A stretch of 64,000 nt of DNA from a virus: the IMG/VR virus record IMGVR_UViG_3300017991_000051, positions 96,001-160,000 of that record; one strand, given 5' to 3'. A program made the translations under genes and the position numbers. Under the pieces are notes generated by a model, which did no database searches, had not been told where the DNA came from, and worked only from the letters and a program-made list of their open reading frames with translations. Of the stretch, positions 39,181-48,931 are shown piece after piece. Within the stretch, counting starts at the first letter, position 1, and each line of letters begins with the position of its first letter.

Positions 39181-41688
39181 TTAACTCAGCTTGTCGAGGT
39201 CGACGTCCGAACCGAGTAGCGCGGCATCCGGCTCAACGGTTTTCTTCTTCAGGAAGAGCACCAAGTCGCCGACGCTCTTGAATGTGTTGCGCAGAGCGTC
39301 TTCCAGCTCACGCATTTCCTCCTCACCATAACGCTCACCGAACTTCTCGTTGTGCCAGTAGAACATGAACAGCAATCTGCCGATCCTGTCCAAACCGACA
39401 ACCAGATCCGCCAAATACTTTTCGATAACGGGATCGATGTCCATCGTCTTCACCAACCCGCCGAGCACCGAAGTATCCAGCACCTCCTTCTGACCCGTCC
39501 GCGCCGCATCGACAGCCGCCCGCGCCGTTGGGGGATCACCACGTTGTGGATCGTATACATCCATCCCCGCCAATGGCAGCCGAACGTCCTCGTAATGCGA
39601 CTGGTCCGTTTCGGATAGCGCACCGATATTCTGGTCGTAGTATTTGATGTTGTCCAACATCGCTACAGACGGCGCCGTAGGCCCGGGAATCAATGGACCT
39701 CCGGCACCGGTGTAGCCTTGCGCGTACTTAACCAGGAATGTATCTGCACCTGCTTCATCGGCCCGCTTCAGCATCATACGCGCTGCACCCTTCGTGACGC
39801 CATGACGCAGTATAAGGTCGCGCATCGCATCGTCACGCTGCAGCCGCGGACCCGGTTTACCCGAATCCAGCTGATAGCCGAGACCGTCACTCCAGACCTT
39901 GATGGGCCGGAGTTCAGCATTCTTCAGTAGCGCCAGCTCAGCATCCGTAATACACCCGGGCACGAAGTCCAAACCATCGCTGGCCTTCGATATCCGGAAT
40001 GCCTTGCATGCTGAAGGAACCATCAGGGTGTCGCCGACCGACTTCAGGCGACCGACGCTATCGGATATGACAACCGGACGGACATTGTGTTTCCACCAGT
40101 CCCTCGGCTCCGAATCAAGATCCGGTTTGTCCAGATCCTGAGACGGAAAGTCATGATCGATAGTGCATCGATAGCTGAAGGGGTCGTCTCTCCTCATCAG
40201 GTTCCCATCGCTTTGAACGCAACCATATGGCACGTGCACATATAGGTCGTTCCCCGCCTTCTCCACAACATTGAATACCAAACTGCCATCCGCATCCTCG
40301 CTGATGAGGGCGTAAGTACCCCTCTCCTCCATGTTGGATGCGTCGATAAGCTCTTTTTCGTAGAAAGGTTTCCAGTCGGTGATCTGGTTGGTACGGACGA
40401 AGATCTTCTTCGGGTCGAAATAGCCCCAGCCCTTCCCGTCGCGCTGGATGACGAGCACGGCGTTGGCCACGCCGGTACCGATGGTCTTCGGGCCCTTAAT
40501 GATGATAACGGGATGGGACTTCCCATCCTTGCTGATCATCTCGAAGAGGCCGGAGCAGTCTGGGTTGGTCAGCTCCTGCGTCATGTTCACGTCGTAGACC
40601 TTTGACTGCTGGTCAGATGTTCGGGAATCCCGAACAACTAGACCCTCGTCCATCAACTCACTTCGCTCCTCCGACGTCAGATCCGTCCCATCAAGACCCT
40701 CACGCCTCGTAACGATCTCGACGTCGCCTACCTCGTCCGCCGCGCGCTTCTCCACCATGGGAGCAGAAACTATTGTCGGCAGGACCTCGCGAAGGTGCGC
40801 AGCTGACTTCACGCCCAGTGACGTCAGAACACGCACCACCGTCTTATCCGTCCCGACCAGCTTATTGTAGCCGGCCCCCGCCAGCTTCGTCGCGTAGTAA
40901 CGGAACAGTTGTCGGTCAAGCCCATGTTTCTGAAGCAGAACATCCGATGGTGGAAGTACCTCCTGCTCCGCTTTCTTCTCCATGGGCGGGAGTAAATCGC
41001 TGCCGTTGTAGAATCGGCCGAGCGCTTCGCCGAATTCCGGACATGTCCGGATTTGCGCGGCGATCACCTGCGCAGCCTTCACCCCCAGCTCCGGTATCAC
41101 CTTCGCCAAGTCCATACGCGCTGCCGCTTCTTTGTAAATGGGATGGTTCGGTGAGCGGAGGAACACGCGGAGCGTAGGAGTAATATCAAACTTCTGGCCG
41201 TCGCACCAGTAACCGTAACGGCTCTCGTCCGACGGGTCGTAAGAGGTAGGCGCCGAGGACGTCTTGTCCCAGCCCCGGAGCGGTGACCGCTGGTATACCC
41301 AGAAGTCGGGGATGCCGACGCCGAGGTCGGATTCGGTTTGGGACGTGCCTTCGCCCAGCACAGTAGGCTTCCGGCTGATGAGGTAGTTCACCCAGTTTTC
41401 CTGGAGTGGTACGAATGCGTCCTGCTCCTTGATGTACAGAAGCTCGTTACCCTTCAACTCCCCGTTCAGGAAGAACACAGGGGCGTAGAACCATTGGTTG
41501 CCGACCTTGAAGCCGTAGACGCCGGCGGCCTTTGTCTCATCTTCGTTCTTGTCGATTACTTGAAACCCGACGAGGAAGTCGAGCAGGCGGGGCGCTTTAT
41601 CTTTCAGATAAGCATAAGCCAAGTCCGCGAACGAACGCTCGAACTGGGGATTCTGGCCGCCGCCCTGTGCTGTTTTCTCGGTTGTCAT
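39181..41688 (-). CDS. Large head-region protein with KxA-delimited segments, function unknown
   Basis: 835 aa; EKTA, EKKA, TKLA, VKSA, EKRA, VKYA. Confidence 0.65.
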   Translation of the reverse strand: MTTEKTAQGGGQNPQFERSFADLAYAYLKDKAPRLLDFLVGFQVIDKNEDETKAAGVYGFKVGNQWFYAPVFFLNGELKGNELLYIKEQDAFVPLQENWVNYLISRKPTVLGEGTSQTESDLGVGIPDFWVYQRSPLRGWDKTSSAPTSYDPSDESRYGYWCDGQKFDITPTLRVFLRSPNHPIYKEAAARMDLAKVIPELGVKAAQVIAAQIRTCPEFGEALGRFYNGSDLLPPMEKKAEQEVLPPSDVLLQKHGLDRQLFRYYATKLAGAGYNKLVGTDKTVVRVLTSLGVKSAAHLREVLPTIVSAPMVEKRAADEVGDVEIVTRREGLDGTDLTSEERSELMDEGLVVRDSRTSDQQSKVYDVNMTQELTNPDCSGLFEMISKDGKSHPVIIIKGPKTIGTGVANAVLVIQRDGKGWGYFDPKKIFVRTNQITDWKPFYEKELIDASNMEERGTYALISEDADGSLVFNVVEKAGNDLYVHVPYGCVQSDGNLMRRDDPFSYRCTIDHDFPSQDLDKPDLDSEPRDWWKHNVRPVVISDSVGRLKSVGDTLMVPSACKAFRISKASDGLDFVPGCITDAELALLKNAELRPIKVWSDGLGYQLDSGKPGPRLQRDDAMRDLILRHGVTKGAARMMLKRADEAGADTFLVKYAQGYTGAGGPLIPGPTAPSVAMLDNIKYYDQNIGALSETDQSHYEDVRLPLAGMDVYDPQRGDPPTARAAVDAARTGQKEVLDTSVLGGLVKTMDIDPVIEKYLADLVVGLDRIGRLLFMFYWHNEKFGERYGEEEMRELEDALRNTFKSVGDLVLFLKKKTVEPDAALLGSDVDLDKLS

Positions 41689-41788
41689 CGTGTTGTATGG
41701 CCTCCTGTTACAACGCAGGGGGATATATCTCTATACCACACTGCTGTCATTGTTATATAAAAATCCGCGTTTGCCAAGCGTTAAAACC

Positions 41789-43660
41789 TTAGTATACACC
41801 TTTTTCCTCCAGCTCCTCACCGAAGCCCTTACTGCGTGCGAGCGCCGGTACGTACGATACGCCCCGCACCTTCGATGTTCGGCCGCGATGGAGGGCCTCC
41901 ATAAGCCCGCGTTGGAGGTAGGAACCGCCGAGGCGTACCTGCCAGTCGGGTATGACCGTCATCTGCTGCATGGCACGTACCATCTCCGGCTCGAACGGCG
42001 GAGGATCCGTATGCACGGTCAGCTCCTTCACGCCCCGTTTGTGCAGATCGTCCGACACCTTCTTCGTGATACGGGTGCCGATCGAGTACTGATGGATCGG
42101 CCTCTCGAGGTAGCTGCCGACGGCGGCCGTCGGCTTCAAGACTCTGAAACCGTATCGCGGCCGGTAGTTGCGCTCGATGGTCGTGTACTCGACGATGTCG
42201 TCCGGCAGCGCGTTGTCGATCCCGTCCAATTCTGTAACGCGCACATGGTTGATGAGTCCACGGGTCAGCAGCTCGATGTTCCGCCGGTTGGGGGACATCC
42301 CGCTCTTCTTATAGGCGTTCTGGAATACCCTCATGAAGTCGAGCCGTCCAGCGCCCACACCCTTGTAGCGAACGAGGTCCGCCGGGTTCGGCAATCCCTT
42401 CGACAGCATATCTCCGGCTTCCACACGGTCACCGGACTTCACCGTAACCTCAAGACCCGGAGGCGCGAAGTGTTCCTCGTCACCCACGACGACAATCGTA
42501 CCGCCCTGAGGTGCCGGCCGCACTTCCTTCACCGTCCCGTCCATACGCGCCACTGCCGCACCGCCGCGGAAGCTCTTCGGGACCTGCACGAGCTGGTTGA
42601 TCAGCGGGAAGCCCGTAAGCTCTCCCTCGATCTCGCCGCCGCGTACACGGCCGCCGGTATGCTTCACGTTCAGCGAGCCCTGGCTCAGCCGCTCGGACAG
42701 GGATTGCGCTGCGGCCACCCCCACGTTGTCACCGATCTCCGGGAAGTCCCCGCGCTCGCGGATACCCACACAGCGTGAGCAGACCCCGTGCTTTGCCTCA
42801 CATGTCAGCGGGGACCGCACGTAGACCGTCTTGTCCTTCTTGGCCGCCGTTGCCCGCTTCAACTGCCGGGCAATCCTCGGGTCGATAACGGTGCCGGACG
42901 GAATGGAGCCGACCGGCTGGATGAGCACCGTACCGATATTGTCCGGATCGTCGGCATCAACGGGGATACCCCGATCCGTTTCACAATCATCCTCCGTTAC
43001 CACCTGCCGGTGGGCGGCCTGCACCATCTGCTTCCCGAAGAAGCCGGTGCGCGCCGTAGCCAACTTGGATGAGATCGTCCCCTTCCTCGCCCCATACGCT
43101 CCGGCCCAGTACTCAAACGGATCGGTGCCGGCGGCGAAGCTCGTAAGCATCGGCGCCGGTATCAGACGGTCCTTGTGACCGGTGACCATCAAGCCACCGA
43201 CGAGCATGGAACGAAGATCGCCGAGGCCGCCGCGAGATCCGGAGATAACTTGCGTAGCAAACGGGTTGCCCATGGCCTTCGTCTCCGCAAACAGCGTCTC
43301 GTCAATTCGGGGGGCAGCCTTCATCACCATGTTCTTGACCGCAGCCTCCTTCTGCTCCTCCGTCAGGTCCGAACGTTCCACCGTCTCCGTCACCTTCGCG
43401 CGGAGGGCATCCATCATCCGCTTGGTCTTCGGTGGCGTCAGCAGATCGTAGATTGAGAAGCTGGAACCGGTCGACTGCGCGGATTGCTGACCAACCTGAT
43501 GTAGAGCGTGTATGACGTCACGGTACAGCTCAGCGTCGCCCTCCTGCGCCACCTGCTCCAACAGGTCCTTGACGCCCTTCTTGTCCAGTACCCTGTTGTA
43601 ATCCCGCAGGTGCGCCGGAAGTACGCTATTTATAAGAACTTGGCCGACCGTTGTCTGCAT
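41789..43660 (-). CDS. rpoC: DNA-directed RNA polymerase beta' C-terminal half (split subunit)
   Basis: Bridge helix ARKGTISSKLATARTGFFGKQM...VVTEDDC; Zn site RSPLTC...GVCSRC; trigger loop AQSLSERLSQGSLNVKHTGG. No NADFDGD in this ORF. Confidence 0.9.
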   Translation of the reverse strand: MQTTVGQVLINSVLPAHLRDYNRVLDKKGVKDLLEQVAQEGDAELYRDVIHALHQVGQQSAQSTGSSFSIYDLLTPPKTKRMMDALRAKVTETVERSDLTEEQKEAAVKNMVMKAAPRIDETLFAETKAMGNPFATQVISGSRGGLGDLRSMLVGGLMVTGHKDRLIPAPMLTSFAAGTDPFEYWAGAYGARKGTISSKLATARTGFFGKQMVQAAHRQVVTEDDCETDRGIPVDADDPDNIGTVLIQPVGSIPSGTVIDPRIARQLKRATAAKKDKTVYVRSPLTCEAKHGVCSRCVGIRERGDFPEIGDNVGVAAAQSLSERLSQGSLNVKHTGGRVRGGEIEGELTGFPLINQLVQVPKSFRGGAAVARMDGTVKEVRPAPQGGTIVVVGDEEHFAPPGLEVTVKSGDRVEAGDMLSKGLPNPADLVRYKGVGAGRLDFMRVFQNAYKKSGMSPNRRNIELLTRGLINHVRVTELDGIDNALPDDIVEYTTIERNYRPRYGFRVLKPTAAVGSYLERPIHQYSIGTRITKKVSDDLHKRGVKELTVHTDPPPFEPEMVRAMQQMTVIPDWQVRLGGSYLQRGLMEALHRGRTSKVRGVSYVPALARSKGFGEELEEKGVY

Positions 43661-44166
43661 TAGCTTAACTCGTCTACTGCCTCAATAATGGCCTTCGCAT
43701 GCGCTTCCAGACTATCGACGATCTCGATAGCCGGCGCGTTTAAGCCGCCCATCACGAGTTTCGTTTGTATCCTTACATCCTGTTCTCGTTTGTACCCGGG
43801 CTCGATGCCTATAACGATCTTCATCGGCCGCATAGCGCCGCACTGAAATCTGGCCAGATGCCGGCCAAGTTCGTACATGCATATCGGCTGCACGCTCTCA
43901 CTGGCAGAGAACCACATACTGAAGATATCGGAGATGTTCAGCGCCTGATACTCCCATGTGATCTGTTCTAGTGCTGCGTTCGGATCGTGAATCGGGAAAT
44001 CTTTGCGTCGAGGGTTCAATAACGTTCCCACCATGTCCGGCGCAAGTTTCTGTATTATTGCTACTAACTCTTGCTGCCATTCCGGACATTGCGTAATACC
44101 TCCAGCCAAAAACACGAACGGTCGCGACATCCCATCCAACTTGTTTACCGCTTCAACGTAATCCAT
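43660..44166 (-). CDS. Nucleoside 2-deoxyribosyltransferase-like protein
   Basis: VFLAGGIT.CPEWQ...LNPRR...QITWE...MYELG. Confidence 0.75.
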   Translation of the reverse strand: MDYVEAVNKLDGMSRPFVFLAGGITQCPEWQQELVAIIQKLAPDMVGTLLNPRRKDFPIHDPNAALEQITWEYQALNISDIFSMWFSASESVQPICMYELGRHLARFQCGAMRPMKIVIGIEPGYKREQDVRIQTKLVMGGLNAPAIEIVDSLEAHAKAIIEAVDELS

Positions 44167-44181
44167 TGTTCCTTCCTCCTC

Positions 44182-46419
44182 CTATTTGCGGCGACCCATC
44201 ATCGCCGCTCCGGCGCCGAACAGCGCCGGTAGTACTATGCCGGGTAGTAAGTAAGTAGCGTATGCCCGGCGCAATAAACGCTTCTGTTCCTCCGGCTTCC
44301 TCCCCTTCGGAATGCTCTCCGTAATATACTTGTTGGCCAGTTGGCTGGCCTGCAACTCGTTGATCCACGTCGGCAGGTTCGTTACCGCACCCGAAGCCAT
44401 CCCCGTCAGGGCGCCCAGTATGGGGCTGCCGGTCTTCATACCCACGAAGATGCCTGGCATCGTCTTCGCCAGCCCCGCAACACTCGCCGCCGAACGGAGT
44501 GGTCCCTGCACGAAACGTGACGGACTGTACCACGGCCGGCCGTGTATCTTGGCATGACCCGCCTCGTGCGCGATCATCCCCGGCTTCAGATATTGAGGAT
44601 CATACAATATCATTCCCTGACGTACAGCTCTTTTCGCCTGCGCATTGTCGACGAGCCCGAGTTGCTGCATCTGCCCCATGAACTTCTTCCCCTCTCGAGG
44701 AGGGACGAACGCCGCGTTGCCCAAACCGGGTACGGCAACCGTCGTGAAGCTGGGGTCCAGACCCATCCGCGTATACACTCGCGGAATATAGGGACGGTAC
44801 GTCCCGGGTGTGCGCTCCAGCTGTCGCCCGACACGGTTGCCCAACCACTTGTTCAACGCGACGTCCGCAGTGATACCGGTCCCGAGCAGTAGATACTTCA
44901 GCATCTGCGGGTCGAGCGCGCCGGTCTTCTCCAGTACGCGCTTGTTCGCCCATTTCCTCATCGATGTCTTCAACGCTTGCGCCGCCTTCGCCAGCGGGTA
45001 GTCCTCGTGACGTGCAATATAGGATGGGGCGCGCCACGCCCCGCTCGGAAATTGTTCCTGTGAACTGACGCGGGCGGTTCGGCCGATGTAATCCTCAGGA
45101 TTGGTCCACATCTTCTTCCGCTCGTCATCGGAGAAACCGGTACCGACCTTACCCACGATCGGGCCCTCCGGCGTCAGGCTGTAACGGAAACCGCCGGCAC
45201 CGACGCCCTCATACTTACCCTCGCCGGGAAAAATGTCACGGATGAATACGTCGCCCTCTTCCATCTGCTTCACCTTAACGGGCTTGCCGCCCATCTCCGG
45301 GAAACCGACTACGCCCTCTCGAGTCACCGGCAGCTTACCGGTAACGACGTCCTCCCACAACCGCTTCTTGCTCTTGGCGTCGGTGGCGTACGGAGGCTGT
45401 GTGAACACGCTCTTCGGCAGGTGGCGAAGAGCATCATCCACAACCATCTTCTTCTGCTCCCACGGCAGGTTGTGCGCCTCCACGCCCTTATCCTCTTCCT
45501 GCACGCCGAAGAGGGCCATGCGCATCTTGATCTTCTTCCGCTCCTGTTCCCGCAAGCTCTTGGCCACCGCAGCGTTCAGAATCCCGCCCAGCTCGGCCGC
45601 GGGTATCGCCTTCCCCTCACGCTCCCCGTATATCTCACCGCGAAGCGTCTTACCCTGAAGATGCTTTGGGATGTCGAACTTCTTCCCAGCGAGTCCCATC
45701 CGGTGGGTGTGTATAATCGGCTCCCCCGTCCCCTTCCGCGCGCGGTAGCTCAGGACCTGAACGTGGTCCTTCATGAGTCGGAGGAAGGCGGCCGCACCGT
45801 CGATCTTCGCGGACATGACGTAGCTGGGATCGAACAGCTTGTCGACCTGCTCCGCCGGCACCTTCTTGTAGTGCACCTTCTTGTACGACACCGGCTTCGT
45901 CTCCGTCGTGTTGAACAGGTACCACGCCGGCTTCTTCCCCGTCTTGGCGCCGAGGCGTACGAGCGTAAAATCCTCCGGGTTCTTCTTATGCGCGATCGTA
46001 AACTTGACCTTCTTCGGCGTGGCCTCGCTGATCAATACCTCACCGAGGTCGGTACGATGGACACGGCCGGCGCCGTAGCCTAATGGTATACGACCTTGGA
46101 ACTTGGAGTACGCTTCGGAGTGAAGGGGTTGCTGGAAGACGGTGATCTTCTCACCCGGTTTGGGTAAGTCCTTCTTCGTAGCGAAGGATAGCATCTTGTC
46201 CTTGCCCAGCCGGATATCATGGTGGGGGCCCGCGCGGCGCGCTATGTGCCGTTGTACCACCCACGGGACGAGCGCTCCCGGTTGGAGCATGGTAGCCTCG
46301 CCAAGGTCCTTCGGATCAGTTATCCCGGGCGCAAACTCGGCGGCCGCAGACTTCTGAATGTCGTCGTCGGTTAGCCAATAGTCCACATGCATTGTGTTGG
46401 ACTGCGACACTGTAATCAC
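44182..46419 (-). CDS. LigD-type 3'-phosphoesterase + ATP-dependent DNA ligase + C-terminal HExxH membrane metallopeptidase-like fusion
   Basis: VVQRH.ARRAGPHHDIRL...GYGAG (phosphoesterase); SAKIDG, EG and KVK motifs plus OB KVGTGFSD (ligase); AHEAGH...NELQAS...AYATY. Confidence 0.8.
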   Translation of the reverse strand: MITVSQSNTMHVDYWLTDDDIQKSAAAEFAPGITDPKDLGEATMLQPGALVPWVVQRHIARRAGPHHDIRLGKDKMLSFATKKDLPKPGEKITVFQQPLHSEAYSKFQGRIPLGYGAGRVHRTDLGEVLISEATPKKVKFTIAHKKNPEDFTLVRLGAKTGKKPAWYLFNTTETKPVSYKKVHYKKVPAEQVDKLFDPSYVMSAKIDGAAAFLRLMKDHVQVLSYRARKGTGEPIIHTHRMGLAGKKFDIPKHLQGKTLRGEIYGEREGKAIPAAELGGILNAAVAKSLREQERKKIKMRMALFGVQEEDKGVEAHNLPWEQKKMVVDDALRHLPKSVFTQPPYATDAKSKKRLWEDVVTGKLPVTREGVVGFPEMGGKPVKVKQMEEGDVFIRDIFPGEGKYEGVGAGGFRYSLTPEGPIVGKVGTGFSDDERKKMWTNPEDYIGRTARVSSQEQFPSGAWRAPSYIARHEDYPLAKAAQALKTSMRKWANKRVLEKTGALDPQMLKYLLLGTGITADVALNKWLGNRVGRQLERTPGTYRPYIPRVYTRMGLDPSFTTVAVPGLGNAAFVPPREGKKFMGQMQQLGLVDNAQAKRAVRQGMILYDPQYLKPGMIAHEAGHAKIHGRPWYSPSRFVQGPLRSAASVAGLAKTMPGIFVGMKTGSPILGALTGMASGAVTNLPTWINELQASQLANKYITESIPKGRKPEEQKRLLRRAYATYLLPGIVLPALFGAGAAMMGRRK

Positions 46420-46447
46420 CTCAACGACGGATACGGGTAGCGGACAT

Positions 46448-46675
46448 CTAAACCTTCACGACGTCCACTAACGGAAGATTCCGCTTGTTGAAACCGAGTG
46501 ACTCCATCGCTTCCGCGAAGCCGGGGTCATCCGCCGTCTTCAACCAGACTCTTCCCTCAAGGTTGAGTCCGACGAGAACAGGATCACCCTCATCCGTCAT
46601 CACGACAAGGGAATCAACTTCAGTCCGCTCCTCCGGAGGTGACGTTATGCCACCTGACTGAATTCTTACTTTCAT
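46448..46675 (-). CDS. Small hypothetical protein
   Basis: ATGA overlap with the upstream gene. Confidence 0.55.
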   Translation of the reverse strand: MKVRIQSGGITSPPEERTEVDSLVVMTDEGDPVLVGLNLEGRVWLKTADDPGFAEAMESLGFNKRNLPLVDVVKV

Positions 46676-47394
46676 TTACCTGGCCTGCTCCGTTTCAGGA
46701 TTTCAGCCATCCTGTCCGTTACGCTCTCTCCGTCAAGTGGTCGTGGGCCGGAGGCTGCGATCTGCATGGCGCCCGGAGGTGCCATACCCTGCATAGCCTG
46801 TGCCGAACCGGGATCCATCGGACCAGCCCCGAGTGGTACGGCTCCCGCACCCTCAGCCGGCTGGCCGGCACCGGCGCCCATACCCGCTGCCGCGCCGGGA
46901 GCAGGTGCAGCCTCCTCGACGGCTTGAGACATAGCCTGCTCAGGATTGGCCAAGCCCATCATTTCCAGCACTTGTGCCAGAGCGCCCTCAACCGCGCCAA
47001 GTCGAGCTTCCATATCCTTCGCTGGTTTACTCTCACCGCCGGGAGCTGCGCCGGGCGCAACGCCCATTTCCTGTACAACCTGACGCACCGCCTGTACGAT
47101 CATGTCGTACGCCGGATCCCCGCCTCCGCCAGGAGGAGGAGCAGCTGGGGCTATTGGAGCAGCCGCCGGAGGAGGCAAGCTAACTGCAGGGCCCGCCCCA
47201 GCCGCCATCGGATCCATCGGTGCGCCGCCAGCAGCCGCCATTGCCGGATCCATCGGCGGGGCTGCTGCTGCGCCGGCTCCTCCAGCCGGCATTGGCTCAA
47301 ATGCTTCCTTGTCCATGGTCTCCCCCGGCTCCCCGCTCAGCTGTGCAAGATTCCAGAGTGCCATTTTCTGTAATTGTCCTGTCTTGTTATTCAT
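46672..47394 (-). CDS. Pro/Ala/Gly/Met low-complexity head-region protein (start MNNKT at 47394)
   Basis: TAATG coupling; QKMA and DKEA motifs; PMDP repeats. Confidence 0.6.
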   Translation of the reverse strand: MNNKTGQLQKMALWNLAQLSGEPGETMDKEAFEPMPAGGAGAAAAPPMDPAMAAAGGAPMDPMAAGAGPAVSLPPPAAAPIAPAAPPPGGGGDPAYDMIVQAVRQVVQEMGVAPGAAPGGESKPAKDMEARLGAVEGALAQVLEMMGLANPEQAMSQAVEEAAPAPGAAAGMGAGAGQPAEGAGAVPLGAGPMDPGSAQAMQGMAPPGAMQIAASGPRPLDGESVTDRMAEILKRSRPGK

Positions 47395-47579
47395 TATCGC
47401 TTGATCCTCCTCGAACGCCGCCGAGCGGCAGCGATCTCCGTGTCCCGTGTGTGATCGTATCCCGCCTTCAGGCACACGGCCTTAATGCGGGGATGCATTC
47501 TCGCCCATGACAGTTTGCCGGATCGAATGGCTTCCGGCACCCACTTCATGATACAGCGCTTACACAGAGGTCTAGCCAT
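47394..47579 (-). CDS. Small basic protein
   Basis: Overlaps both neighbouring genes; Arg-rich C-terminus. Confidence 0.5.
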   Translation of the reverse strand: MARPLCKRCIMKWVPEAIRSGKLSWARMHPRIKAVCLKAGYDHTRDTEIAAARRRSRRIKR

Positions 47580-48876
47580 TTACCTTGTCCAGATACTCCG
47601 CCAGTTTCGTCAGCGCTGCTGCTTTCTTACCCTTAGCTGCCATGCTCTGAAATTTGCCCTTGCCGAACTTCTTCCGGCCGATCGCGGCCGCGAGTGCTCC
47701 GGGATCCTCCACGCCCTTCTCGCCGCTCAGCTTCTTCTTGAGCGCCTTGAATCGGCCACCCTCACCGGGAGCGTCCTTAGACGCCGGTTTCGCATCCTTC
47801 TCGAGGACGTCGTACCACTCAACAGCACGATCGATGTCGCCGTCTACCAGCAGCTCAGCAACCTTCATCAGGATCTCTTCGTGTACACTCATGACCCGCA
47901 TCTCCTCCTTCGCGCCCTTGACAGACCCGCGTTCGGTGATGATGGCGGAAGTCTGATCAACTGCCTCCGTCTGCTCACCGTGCTGTGTGTCCGGCGACGT
48001 TTCCTCACCCACGGCCCCAGACATAGCCTGTATGGCCTTCTCCGGATCCGTATCGTTCAACTTCACATTCTCGACGTCTTCGGCCGTCACCTTCGGCTTC
48101 GGCGCCGATACCGGAGTTTCCGGGGGAAGAACTGCAGCCGACTTGCTGGCCAGCTCGTGCGCGTATGCGTACACTACGGCCTCCCCAGCGTGCGGGTTAA
48201 TCCCCTCTCCCTCCATCCACTCATGAAATGTTTCATCACTCAAGTTCGGGGTCTTCGCGATGTACGCACGTATTTTCTTCTTTTGCTCGGCTGTAGGCGT
48301 AGTCCCAACCTCTTCCTCGTCGCCACTCGCCTTCTTCGAGTGACCGCCGCCTTCCATCTTCTTCAGCTTGGAATAGTATTCCTTATCCTCCTGAAGATGA
48401 TCCATCGCGATCTCTTTCGCCTTGACCGGATCGTTGGTGTGCTCCATCTCGACCTTGGTTCCCATCGCAAGTTGATCCGCCGGGTACTCGGCCGGCGCAT
48501 GGCCTGCCGCCAACCCGCCAGGAATATTCTTTCCTGTTGGTTTGTCAGCCATTGTCATATCCTCCGCTGTTTTTCTCTCGGCTGTACCGATTACTTTGTT
48601 CGCCTCATCACGACCATCATCATACAGTCGCTGCTCATCCGGTGCCAACGTATTTAACAATGTCAGAAATTCGCCGGCATGTACGATCTCCTCATTCGCG
48701 ATATCGCGAAGAAGTTTAGCCGCATTCTCATTATCCGTCGACTCCGCCAACTGTATGTAAAGCTGAACGGCCTCGTACTCCGCCGACACCATGAAACGGA
48801 TCGCGCGGATCAATTCCTCCGCCGTCAACTTCCTGTCGTTTGCCAGTCCACTAAATGCGTTTCCAAAATCCGGCAT
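47572..48876 (-). CDS. Multidomain protein: ferritin/rubrerythrin-like + DUF5661-like + small helical + basic C-terminal domain
   Basis: AEYEAVQLY...EEIVHAGEF di-iron ligands; GTKVEMEHT...EIAMDHLQED..YY; GEGGRFKAL...LAAAIGRKKFG. Confidence 0.75.
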   Translation of the reverse strand: MPDFGNAFSGLANDRKLTAEELIRAIRFMVSAEYEAVQLYIQLAESTDNENAAKLLRDIANEEIVHAGEFLTLLNTLAPDEQRLYDDGRDEANKVIGTAERKTAEDMTMADKPTGKNIPGGLAAGHAPAEYPADQLAMGTKVEMEHTNDPVKAKEIAMDHLQEDKEYYSKLKKMEGGGHSKKASGDEEEVGTTPTAEQKKKIRAYIAKTPNLSDETFHEWMEGEGINPHAGEAVVYAYAHELASKSAAVLPPETPVSAPKPKVTAEDVENVKLNDTDPEKAIQAMSGAVGEETSPDTQHGEQTEAVDQTSAIITERGSVKGAKEEMRVMSVHEEILMKVAELLVDGDIDRAVEWYDVLEKDAKPASKDAPGEGGRFKALKKKLSGEKGVEDPGALAAAIGRKKFGKGKFQSMAAKGKKAAALTKLAEYLDKVNG

Positions 48877-48931
48877 CGGAATCCTCCCACCAAAACCATA
48901 TCATAAACAGGGTAGTGCTATTTGTCACCAT

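Noticed and set aside
41700-41788. Sigma70 promoter in the AT-rich gap upstream of the 835-aa gene
   Set aside because: TTGGCA...TATAAC spacing is only 14 nt. It may be a phage late promoter, but I could not define a shared motif.
41789-43660. Host chromosomal rpoC or chimeric contig
   Set aside because: Half-length gene, no rpoB or ribosomal-protein neighbours, and translationally coupled to phage genes.
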